Assembly: GCA_002633005.1 (NCBI GenBank)
Contig: NMRA01000056.1
Span: 1,085,521 to 1,149,520, forward strand
Source of the DNA: Phoronis australis
Taxonomy: Eukaryota > Animalia > Phoronida
Length of the DNA stretch: 64,000 bases
Direction of reading: 5' to 3'
A program made the position numbers and the translations under genes. The notes beneath the pieces were generated by a model, which worked only from the letters and a program-made list of their open reading frames with translations, did no database searches and was not told where the DNA came from. Below, piece by piece: positions 39,900 through 50,320 of the stretch. Numbering within the stretch: position 1 is the first letter of the stretch; each line of letters begins with the position of its first letter.

Positions 39900-41383
39900 A
39901 TTTTTTTAATGCGCCCACATATTTATATGTGGACGCATTATGCCATCATCTCTGTCTGGGCAGCGTCCAGCGTCCGCTGCTCTATCTCCAAAACCCTTTT
40001 ACATACGTTCATGAAATTTGGCACATATGTTCCATTCATGAATGGGACGACAGATCCGACTACCGGTGTGCCCCCTAGTGTCAATTTTAGTTGTTTACGC
40101 TTACCTTTGTATTTTTAAAACGGATTTCCATGAAATTTGGTATGTAGGCACCTATTAGTGAGATGCTATCCTCCCGTTTTTGGATGGATTCGACATAGTT
40201 TGCGCCACCTAATGACCATTTTTACTGTTTTCGAGTCTGTTTTCTTGGGTCCACCCCTCTATCAACCAAACCGCTCAGAGGATGATTGTGAAAATTGGCA
40301 TGTATGTGCTTACTATGAAGAGGACGGTTGATGATGATTTTCCGACGATTTCGACTACTGTGGTTGCTCCTAATGGCAGTTTTGTTTTTTTACGCCTATG
40401 GCTGTATCTCCTAAACCGTTCGCAGGATCTTTACGAAATTTAGTAAGTATATTTATATGATGTTTAACGGACGACGACGACTTTTGGACGGATCGAACTA
40501 CCAGTGTGCCCCCTAGAGGAAATTTTATTTTTTTACGTTTACTTTTGTATCTTCAAAAGTCCTAAACGAATTTTCTAACGATATCAACTACTGTGGTGCC
40601 TCCTAGTGGCAGTTTTGTTTTTGTTGTGCCTATGGCTGTATTTCCTAAACCGTTCACAGGATCTTTACTTAATTTAGCAAGTGTATTTATATGATGGTGA
40701 CTACAGATGACGACGACTTTCGGACAGATCTGACTACTGCTGTGCCCCCTTGTGGCAATTTTAGTTTTTTACGTTTAACTCAGTATCTTCAAAGGTCCTC
40801 AACAGATTTTCATAAAATTTTAAATATAGGCATCTATTGGTGTGATGAGGCTATCTGCCTGTTTTTGGATAGAATCAAGGTGTTTTGCACCACCTAGTGG
40901 CCATTTTTGCTGTTTTCAAATCTTGTTTTTAGTGTCGGCCCCTGTATCAACCAAATCATTTGAAAATTGGCATATATATTCTCAGTGTGAAGACGACCTT
41001 TGATGATGGTGACTGACTACTGTGGTGCCTCCTAGTGGTAGTTTTGTTTTGTGCCCATAGTTTCATCTCCTAAACCCACTGTAGGATCTTTCAAAATTTT
41101 GTAAGTGTATCTATATGAAGATAACAACAGACGACGACGACTTTCAGGCGGATCCAACGGACACTGTGCCCACTAGTGGCAATTTCATTTTATTCTGTTT
41201 TCCTTTGTTTCTCTGAAGTTCTTTGACAGATTTTTATGAAATATGCATGTTCCTGTTTTTAGATGGATTGTATGTTTTTGCGCCATCTAGTGGCCATTTT
41301 TATGATACAAATAAATAACCCTAAAAGCACACCATTTGCAATGCTTTCTTGGGCGCATTTCAATGCTCCGCGTTGCTCTTGTT
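39900..41383 (+). mobile_element. Helentron-associated (HINE/DINE-1-like) non-autonomous element with a central tandem array
   Basis: 5' sub-TIR aatgcgccc (39908-39916) with a nearby partial inverted copy ggacgcatt, then short gcgtcc repeats and internal repeats with a cc(c/t)ctagtggc core. The 3' end has sub-TIR gggcgcatt (41351-41359), a small hairpin caatgc..gcgttg and terminal cttgtt. Flanks are T-rich. Confidence 0.7.
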
Positions 41384-41497
41384 TGTCTTGTACAGTGATT
41401 ATATTACGGTAACTAGTTCCATCTTTGACTTCAATTTAACTGTATTTAGTAAGTTACTTTAGATTTTTGTTTTTAAACACACTCTGTTTCAACTCAG

Positions 41498-41649
41498 GAC
41501 TTCTGAAAGACTACCTACGCGAACTGCCGGTGCCGTTATTCAACACAGAGCTTTATGAAGTCGTTTACGTGGCCATTGAGAGTGGCGAGAATCAAGAGAC
41601 TGGCAGCTTGATGTTTAAAGTGCTGGAATGTCTGCCTAAGTCACACCAG
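41498..41649 (+). CDS. SYDE1: SYDE/Syd-1 exon (RhoGAP middle: GLLKDYLRELPVPLF...LECLPKSHQ)
   Basis: Acceptor ctcag|GA completes the phase-1 Gly codon. Contains the RhoGAP KxYLRELP motif. Donor CAG|GTAAGG is phase 0. Confidence 0.92.
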
Positions 41650-41659
41650 GTAAGGATTA

Positions 41660-42380
41660 TTATGGTAGTGGTGACTGTGATGATAATGTTTATGATGATG
41701 ACGACGATGACGATGACGATTATGATGACAATGGGGAAATGTCTCTCGTGATCGATCTCAGGTATGGATAGTGAGGGTGTTGACAGCAGTAGCGATGAGT
41801 ACGACAGTAGTGATGGTGACGGAGTATCTGCCCAAGTCATATCAGGTAAAGACAGAGGGTGTTGGTGGCGATGATGACGATGGTAATGATGAGGATGGTG
41901 ATGACCGTGCGTCTGCCATGATCACTTCTGGTTAGGATAGGGATGTTGATGACAACTGTGACAATGACAAAGCGCACCAATTTCAAAAAAATGAACAACT
42001 AAATAAAAATGAGTTGGCTGTAACATGATCTTTGATCGATTTGTGGCTTAGAATCGTGGAATTTGATGGAATAACGGTATCTACTACTGAAATATGTGAA
42101 GTCTGTTCGAAACCTTTCATTTTGTGAAAGATTTCAGATTCTGTGAATTTCATCTATTTTCTGTTATCGTGGAAAACCAGTGTCTCTATATCTACCAAAG
42201 TCATACCAAGTAAGGACACTGATGAAGGTGATTTTGGTGAAGGTGATGATGGTGACGGTGACACAATGTTTGCCCAACCTCCACCAGGGGGCAGTGGTGG
42301 TAGCAAGGATGACCATGACAGTGATGATGAAGATAACACTGGTGATGATGATGATGATGATTGTGATGATGATGACGATG
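41660..42380. repeat. Degenerate (GAT/GGT/GAC)n low-complexity intronic region
   Basis: Long imperfect trinucleotide runs interrupted by recurring spacer motifs of about 40 bp. Confidence 0.75.
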
Positions 42381-42485
42381 TCAAATTACCCTTCCAGTTT
42401 TGTGAACTTTGTCCTAGGATTTCTAGAAACTTTTACTTTGTTTGCCGGTCATTTGTTAAATTGCTTGTGACAAACCCGAGGAATG

Positions 42486-43212
42486 GTATCTCTCCCATGT
42501 CGTTGGTTTAACTAACTAACTGTATCTCTCCCATGTCATTGGTTTAACTAACTAACTGTATCTCTCCCATGTCATTGGTTTTACTAACTAACTGTATCTC
42601 TCCCATGTCATTGGTTTAACTAACTAACTGTATCTCTCCCATGTCATTGGTTTAACTAACTAAATGCATCTCTCCCATGTCATTGGTTTTACTAACTAAC
42701 TGTATCTCTCCCATGTCATTGGTTTAACTAACTAACTGCATCTCTCCCATGTCATTGGTTTAACTAACTAACTGTATCTCTCCCATGTCATTGGTTTAAC
42801 TAACTAACTGTATCTCTCCCATGTCGTTGGTTTAACTAACTAACTGTATCTCTCCCATGTCGTTGGTTTAACTAACTAACTGTATCTCTCCCATGTCGTT
42901 GGTTTAACTAACTAACTGTATCTCTCCCATGTCGTTGGTTTAACTAACTAACTGCATCTCTCTCATGTCATTGGTTTAACTAACTAACTAACTGTATCTC
43001 TCCCATGTCATTGGTTTAACTAACTAACTGCATCTCTCCCACGTCATTGGTTTAACTAACTAACTGTATCTCTCCCATGTCGTTGGTTTAACTAACTAAC
43101 TGTATCTCTCCCATGTCGTTGGTTTAACTAACTAACTGCATCTCTCCCATGTCATAGTGGGTGTAACTAACTAACGTTATCTCTCCCTTGTCATGGTGGG
43201 TTTAACTACTAA
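42486..43212. repeat. 36-bp minisatellite, about 20 copies
   Basis: Unit tgtatctctcccatgtcattggtttaactaactaac, head-to-tail, highly homogeneous, no spacers. Confidence 0.97.
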
Positions 43213-45174
43213 TGTCTGAGTAATGGCCGACTTAGCCTACTTCATACGTCTGCCTTTGGCTGTTTCCTGATCTAAGCACATCTTAGTCCCAGTGTTATTT
43301 GTCATTACTGTCACGGCTGACATCTGTTTTCTAATTGCCTCTCTTCTGTTATAAATGTTCTATCACTAATTAGCCAGGCATTGACAAAATGACATTTTCT
43401 TTTCCGAGTTGACATTCAAAGTTATCGTTGTTTTTCAAAAAGCACTTTGTCTATTTGTATTAATAACAAGTGTAACTGAAACGTTTGATGAACCCTCAAT
43501 GTCGGTGGCGAGCGGATTGAAAGAATACTACTAGTTGTGTGTAAAGCCACTGTGGTGGAGAATTGTGTTTTACTTTCGTAATATCTTCAATTGGAATAAA
43601 TAGTTTTTTAAGGTTATATAGGAGCCTTGAAGAATGCCCGAAATTGGCAGATTTCCAAACGTCTTATTTGAGAAATGGATGATGAGATTCATAAGAAACT
43701 TTCGGATACCGTTGCTTTATTCGCTTATCTTCAAAAGTTGTTGGGAATTAGATTTAAACGGATCATCGTTTCCATGATGAGCTATCAAAAATTGGGCTTC
43801 TGTGATTTTTATGAAAAAGTGAAAACAATAATGAAATTTAAATATAAGCACAACCCCGAAAATCACTTTCGCATTATATCCAGGTTCTCAATCCTACTCT
43901 TGCATTCATTTACTAGTAAGACGGAGCTCAGAGGAGTAAGGGACAACTTTGAAGAATGAAATGATAACTTAAAAACTGTAACTGTGTCTTTTAGATTTCA
44001 CATTGAACATGGATATCAATTGAAATTTGGTCGTGTTACTGATGCTGTTGTTTTACCAGGAAGGTACATTTTTTTGTTAAATTTGCTTAAAACCATGGAT
44101 CACATGACCCAATTATTGGTAAATTGATATAAAGTCAGAAATTCAACAGGTTTTCTGTTTTCAGGAAAATGTCCATTTCTTGAGTTAAACTCTTTATTTT
44201 TATAGTTGTGTGGCCGAATACCCAGAGTTTTCGATTAGGTCCTATGTACATGACCTACGGTAACCTTTACTCTACAAGTAGCATGGCTGCTACTATACGT
44301 TATTGTAAAAAACATTACGTAAATTTAAGCATTTCAAGAAAGCCTTAAAAAGACAGGAAAGTGATAATTTTAGAGCAATTCTGTTAGCCCAAATTTGGTA
44401 TTTTTTGTGTCAGTCTGTCAGTTCTGAGGTTATTTTGCATTTAAATTCACTGTTGTGTCTTGGCAGTTAAACTCTTCCCTCTTGTTTTCAGCTGAAAAGT
44501 CCATAAAAGAAACTCGACTTCAGCCCAGTTTTGTCAGAACGTGTTCTTAAGTGATCTTCTTTCAAAACATAATCGAATCAAAATAAATATAATTTGTTAT
44601 GTAGTTTTCAAAGTGTAGCTTTCGAATTTCTGGTGGCACTTCAATAAAATGTCCTCCACAGCTGAACAGCATCAAACTTCATTTTTTACGAATTGTCAGC
44701 AAAAAAGAAGTAGTGCAAGACTACAATTTGATAAATTCTCTTTGTATTCTAAACTGGTGAAGAGGAAAGAGTGTCTTTAAGTTGGTTTAGGTATAAACAT
44801 TGATGTTTAGGAGTGACAGATGTTCTTGTAGAACTGACAACTGGGGTCGCTGTAATCTGTAAAAGCAGCAGGTGGCCACATGGGCCTGGCACTGCTCAAG
44901 TCTGTACATTCTTGTAACCTGATTGGTTGATAATAGTTACCAATGGGGACAACTTCATCTCATGAGTCTGTCCTTGATTTGCTTAACTTGTGCTGGTGTT
45001 TAGTCTGTGATTGTTATAAATGGGGTGCTGGGTAAACAGTAGTGTCTACCCTAGGCAAAAAATTGAAAATAATGATGTTATCTTGTATGTGTGAACAAGA
45101 TATAGCATTCCATCAGTTGGCAGCAGTTCCAGTCAAATGCTGCACCATTCATAAACTGGCTAAAATGTTGACGG

Positions 45175-45320
45175 GAGTAGAGGGTACAGGGGGTAGAGGG
45201 TACAGGGTACAGGGGGTAGAGGGTACAGGGGACAGGGGGTAGAGGGTGTAGAGGGTACAGGGGATAGAGGGTACAGGGGGCAGAGGGTACAGAGGGCAGA
45301 GGTTACAGGGGGTAGAGGGT
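45175..45320. repeat. G-rich minisatellite of about 17 bp (ggtagagggtacagggg)
   Basis: About 8 imperfect tandem copies with many GGG runs. Confidence 0.9.
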
Positions 45321-46537
45321 GCCACCACACATTCAAAAAACAGACCAGTGGGTCCACGATACAATACCAGCTCTAGACCATCCTTTACATTTAGCTTGTC
45401 GACACTGGTAGGTCTTGTTTGTTGAGCAAATGATAAGAATCACCATAGAAACGCTATTTTGTGATACATTTCTGGTGACATAGAACTCGTTAGAAAAAGG
45501 AGAGCAAACTTTTCACGTTGATATTTCACACACATAATGCTCCAGTCAGCCTACACCATTAAAGACAGATGAGTAAGATCTCATTCATCATTCTTATGCC
45601 TGGAGCGGCCATGACTAATACAATGAACTTTTGGCTATGTTGTCGCTGGTACTATTTTCTCTTGACAAAAAGTTCTAATTGATTTATATAGAAATCACTC
45701 CAAGAATACCCACTTAGTCATGACTACGATACATAAATGTCTCTCCATTTAGTTGATATGCAAATGAGACCTCGGCAGCTAATCCTGTTTTTCATTTACC
45801 CTGAACGAAAAGATTTACAATGCCATGAATAATCGCTGTATTCATAAAGAAAAACGCTCACGTTAAGTGAAATGCCTGCTTCGTATTTTCAGAAATTATA
45901 CTTTTAAACATCATGGTCGGTGATATACCCACTGACAAAATTTATACAGATTAATCTTTTTGTTACTTAGATGCATCCTTGCCTTTAGATTGTCTATTTA
46001 TCAGGAACAGAAGGCAAGCATTTCACTATACCTGGGTTTTAACCTGCCTCGGCTATTCAAGTAAACGTCCACACCAACTTCTCAAAAGTTCTTAGTGATT
46101 GAATGATGAACAGGAGACATTTAGAATTAGGTCGGGTCAAATGAAAAGAAATAAGTTTCCAGCTGCTTCCGTCTACCAAGAGAGACCATGCACTGTAATT
46201 TTGTAAAAAGTCAGATTATTAGTGAGTTCTTGGGAAGAGCTGCAAGTTTGTCATTGGCTAAGCCCGCTCAGAGCATAAAATAACGTCCATTAGCCCATAA
46301 AATGACCTTATGTAACCCATGCTCATTGCATAAAATGACCTATGGGAAAAGCCTCGTCTTGAACAACCATGAACTCTTTGTTCTTTCTAAATCCAGAAAT
46401 CACTTCAATCTGAGAAAGAAACATTTGTTAACATGTGGTCTGAATCAAAAGTAATTTTTTGACGGGAGATAGTTTTAGAAGCTTTGATAGAAAAGTAGTT
46501 GGATATGTCGATAAACTTTTCTGTCTTATTTCTGCAG

Positions 46538-46777
46538 GACACTCTGGTGATGTTACTAGACCATCTCAAACGTGTAACATTGAATAGCGACGTGAACAAG
46601 ATGACGACTCAGAACATCTCCGTCTGCTTCGGTCCTGTCCTGCTCTACACCTCTCCGGAGAGTCCGACGGACATGAAAAGCGCCAACGATTTCAAGCGAC
46701 ACCTGGAGGTGCTTGAGTTTCTGTTGAAAGTCTGGCCAGAGAACCGAGGTTCGTCGAAATGCTTCGAGCGAGTTTGA
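46538..46777 (+). CDS. SYDE1: SYDE/Syd-1 exon (RhoGAP C-terminal part: DTLVMLLDHLKRV...NKMTTQNISVCFGPVLL). It ends at TGA 46775-46777 if unspliced, or at a donor after 46748.
   Basis: Acceptor tctgcag|GAC is phase 0 and matches the previous donor. Contains the RhoGAP motif NKM..N...CFGP.L. Confidence 0.9.
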   Translation, partial: DTLVMLLDHLKRVTLNSDVNKMTTQNISVCFGPVLLYTSPESPTDMKSANDFKRHLEVLEFLLKVWPENRGSSKCFERV

Positions 46778-47919
46778 TTGGCTGCCGCAGCTGCCTGCGG
46801 TCGGGAGGTACCAGGGTGTGTGGAGGTGGCCGTCTGGTGTGTCTAGTTGATGTCGTTTGTTTGTCTGCTATAATGTGTTCAATCAATGCCCTTGGATTTC
46901 TTTGCTCACCTGTCCTCACAACACAAGCTTTGAATATGTTTGATAGGCTGTCACAGTCGCAGTTGAGAGCTGCCACTGTATGCGTGTGTGTGAGTGTAGG
47001 ATCAGATTGTTGAGATGTAGACCATGGTTGATGTTGTTTGTCCGTCTGCCTCTGTGTTGAGTCAAATGCCTCGAAATTTTTACAGTCACAATTCTTAAGC
47101 TTTGAACACTATTGATTGTCAGACGTTGGTCGATAGGTGTTGCGTGTGTGTGTTTGTCAGTGCGTGTTAGTTACGTTGATGTCGCTTTTGTGTCTCGCTG
47201 GTTGTGATTTGCTGCTGTTGTCATAGCAGATGTCATTTGAGAATTATCATGTGTTGCGTGTTCGTGTGTTTGTGTGCAGTACTTAGTTGAATGGATGTTA
47301 CACGTCAGCTTCTGTCACCAATCACAGCAGTAACACGATTACATGCGTACCAGAAAAGAGATTTAGCGGTATTTGTCATGCCGTTACAAGAAAATATTAT
47401 TTAATCGAGTATCCGTTCAATTTGTTGGTCTAACAGTTTACAAGTTTTGTCCCCTTGTATGAAAGATAGGACAAAGTCTCTTTCTCTCTGAGTGGAGTTA
47501 AGTGGAAATGAATTCCGCAATATTCTTTTCATAAGGCAGTGGACAAATACTGTGGAATTGTCCTAGAAAAAGATTGTTCAAGGAGGGTTGACATCATTAG
47601 TGTGACCTTGCCATCAGAGATATTTTATGTAAATTTTCAAGAACTGTGAGCAGACGGTCCCAGGTCCATTCCTGGGCTATTCACAGTTCATTGCACCATT
47701 CGTCCCTGTGATTGTGTCATGTTACCTGGTTTCCAGTGTACCAATCAAACTTGGCCATGATGGTTAGGTTATTGGAGTACTGCTTAATTCGATGACTCAA
47801 TTTTCTGAAGAAAAGTTACAGATTAGTATGTGAAAATGTAGTAACCATTGGGTGCTATGACGTAGTAACCATCGGGTGCTTATGACAAGCTTGCTATGCC
47901 AATTTTTTTTTCTTTTTAG

Positions 47920-48005
47920 ACTGGCGCAGACGAATGAGCGGTGCTATACGACGGAAAGCGAGCCCCCAGAGAGCAGAGAATGGGGATAGAATCAGTCACT
48001 GCTAA
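47920..48005 (+). CDS. SYDE1: Candidate terminal coding exon of SYDE (DWRRRMSGAIRRKASPQRAENGDRISHC*)
   Basis: Strong polypyrimidine tract and AG (tttttttttctttttag, ending 47919). In phase with donor CGAG|GTTCGT after 46748. Open for 28 codons to TAA at 48003-48005 and locally GC-richer than its flanks. Confidence 0.55.
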
Positions 48006-48337
48006 CCACCGATTACGAAGGAGGAACAGAGGCAGGTGCCGTGCTTGAACCTTGGCTCGCGAAATTTCCGTGGCATGCATGAACGTTGAATTTCTTTTGA
48101 GACACTTCACAAATTGGTGGGTGTGTTTCCTGGTGACAGTGTGTTGGTGGATTTTCATCCGCTTTGTTTAATTGTCAGCAGCTGGTTTTGTGAGTAGGAG
48201 TTGGCATCAGGTTGTAACGCAGACATTCTGGGTTGTGAATTGCTAGTTTTCTACCGTAAAGTAAGGTTAAAGAAACCCGTGCCCTATGTTGTCATGGGTC
48301 AGTGGATTTTTACTTGCACACAGTTCATTAAGGTTTT

Positions 48338-48702
48338 AACATGTTTTTATTCGAAATGAGCTTTTATCATCAAAAAAATTATCATAAAAATACAGTTTTA
48401 TTACAGGTTTCCCTGAGGATTTGAGAAAAGGTAATTGTCACTGGCCTTGGGTACGTTCAAATGGAAGTGGGTGTACCCAACACCTGCCTCCCGTTCAGTA
48501 ACGCTAGGACCTCGCTAAAAAGCAAGACCGCGAGATTACGCGAGATATTACCGTGTATTTTAAATACGAACACGTGACTTTGAACGCACGCCAGGTGACA
48601 GTTACTCTATCTCGAATCACCAGGGACACCTGAAATAGAACTCGATTTTTAAATTTATTTTCATTTTGATGATAAAAGTCCTTTATAAATAATAAAATGT
48701 TT
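48338..48702. mobile_element. MITE-like element with degenerate inverted ends
   Basis: Exact 15-bp inverted pair cttttatcatcaaaa (48361-48375) / ttttgatgataaaag (48664-48678), extending imperfectly outward. Confidence 0.5.
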
Positions 48703-49521
48703 TATGTAGTACCCTAGAAAATGTACAGATTTTGGAACATCATATCTTAGAAATTGCTGATCAGATTACTATAAAACACACACAAACTATGCACTGTTTC
48801 CAAGACACTGTTAGAAACTGATTTCAAAATAAAGATTGTTGTTCATGTCAAAAACAAGGTACAGTACGTTTTTCGTATGCCAACGCCTGATCTGTCAGTA
48901 CAGCGTGAGTCATTTCTAAATAGTAAATGGGCTGTATCCCTCTCCCGGGTTCTTCTGTTCTAAATTTCCGTAGTTCGTGACTCAGTTTGGCTCAGGTTGG
49001 TGTACCGTTGATTCTTTACGTTTTAGTTTTGAAACCTAAGTTTATACAAGACGTCCTTCACATTGCTTAGTTGTAGAAAAAATGGAATTGCTCAGGTATG
49101 TGTGTCACCACAAAATTGGTCTGTTGTAAGGGGATGTATTTTGGAAGAATTTGAAAGAGACTAGAGTGTTTGTCCCTGTGTTTCATTAAAACGCCTGTCT
49201 GATATGGGCTATTGACTTTGTTTTGGGTTCTTGAGCAGACCGTATAATTGAACCCCTTGGATAACTTGCACTGCCCATTGCTTTTGTGTCACTAACTAAA
49301 CTCTGTCGAGAGAAATGACATTATATTATCGTATATTTATCAGCTATTGGCCAGAGATTTATTGACTTGTGTAGATGTAATTTCATAGAATTATATTTTT
49401 ATGACAACCAGTTTGTGATATTATGTGCGCTATTATTGATACCTTGTAAATAGGTCAAAAGTTCATTATAATTGTCTTTCACATTTGTACTTAAAGCCCT
49501 ACAGTCTTCTCAGAAGGCCTG

Positions 49522-49819
49522 GTGTCTGTTTTATGAAAAGTGACCTAAAACTTAAGATAGAAATTTCGTCTCACGCTCCACACAGCTATTTCTGAAAAAT
49601 ATGTAAATCTCTTAGTCAATCAAAATTGCAAAGTCTCTGAAAATATGCGCATAACTGCTAGTTTCTAAGGTAGTTTCTGTTAATTATTTCTAGACTGGTA
49701 TGCGCTCATAACCGCTTGGCTTAACTTTTATTCACTTACTGTTAAGTGTGATCCAAATAAATGGGAGCCTGAGACGGAATTTCTGTCCTAAGTCTTTAGT
49801 CTTTTCATGAAACAGTCCT
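49522..49819. mobile_element. PIF/Harbinger-like MITE
   Basis: Imperfect TIRs of about 55 bp (ctgttttatgaaaag...aaatttcgtctcacgctcc / ggagcctgagacggaattt...cttttcatgaaacag), flanked by CTG on both sides (49519-49521, 49820-49822). Confidence 0.7.
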
Positions 49820-50257
49820 CTGGTATTGTAACGTATGACTGTCGATTTTGTTGTGGCTTTGTTTTTTCTTTAGCTAATTGTCTGAAAAACTTTAATGATC
49901 TGAACGTTTTTTTTCATGTTTCGCCTGTTATTTATAAAATTGAAGTGTGATTCATATGTCAATTTCATGCAATATGGATTGGGTTTATTTTTGCTTTTTT
50001 TCAGGAACTTGGGTCTCAGGGTCACCCTGATGTTAAGTTTCCCTGTAGACAATAATGTCACATTGAAGGTAGTGCAAACTTACCATCAGTTAGAGTTAAA
50101 GTCTACATTTCTAAAGCTGTCAATAATCTACGTTCAGTCATAAAAATAGGCTTTCGATTGACACCTCTTGGTGGTATATGACTAGTCTCAACTTGGTGCT
50201 TACTAAGACAGGAAGTGGTTTATGAGTTTGGAAAGATCTGACAGTTTGGTATTGCAT

Positions 50258-50320
50258 GAGACCTGAGGCTGAATGCGTTAGACCCGAGGCTGAATGCGCG
50301 AGACTCGAGGCTGAATGCGT
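50258..50320. repeat. 21-bp tandem repeat, 3 copies
   Basis: gac(c/t)(t/c)gaggctgaatgcg occurs three times. Confidence 0.85.

Noticed and set aside
42143-42511. Asp-rich ORF as an extra SYDE exon
   Set aside because: It comes from (GAT)n low complexity. The flanking RhoGAP exons join in phase with a continuous domain.
42486-43212. 36-bp repeat array as a CRISPR array
   Set aside because: Units are head-to-tail with no unique spacers, there are no cas genes, and the context is a eukaryotic intron.
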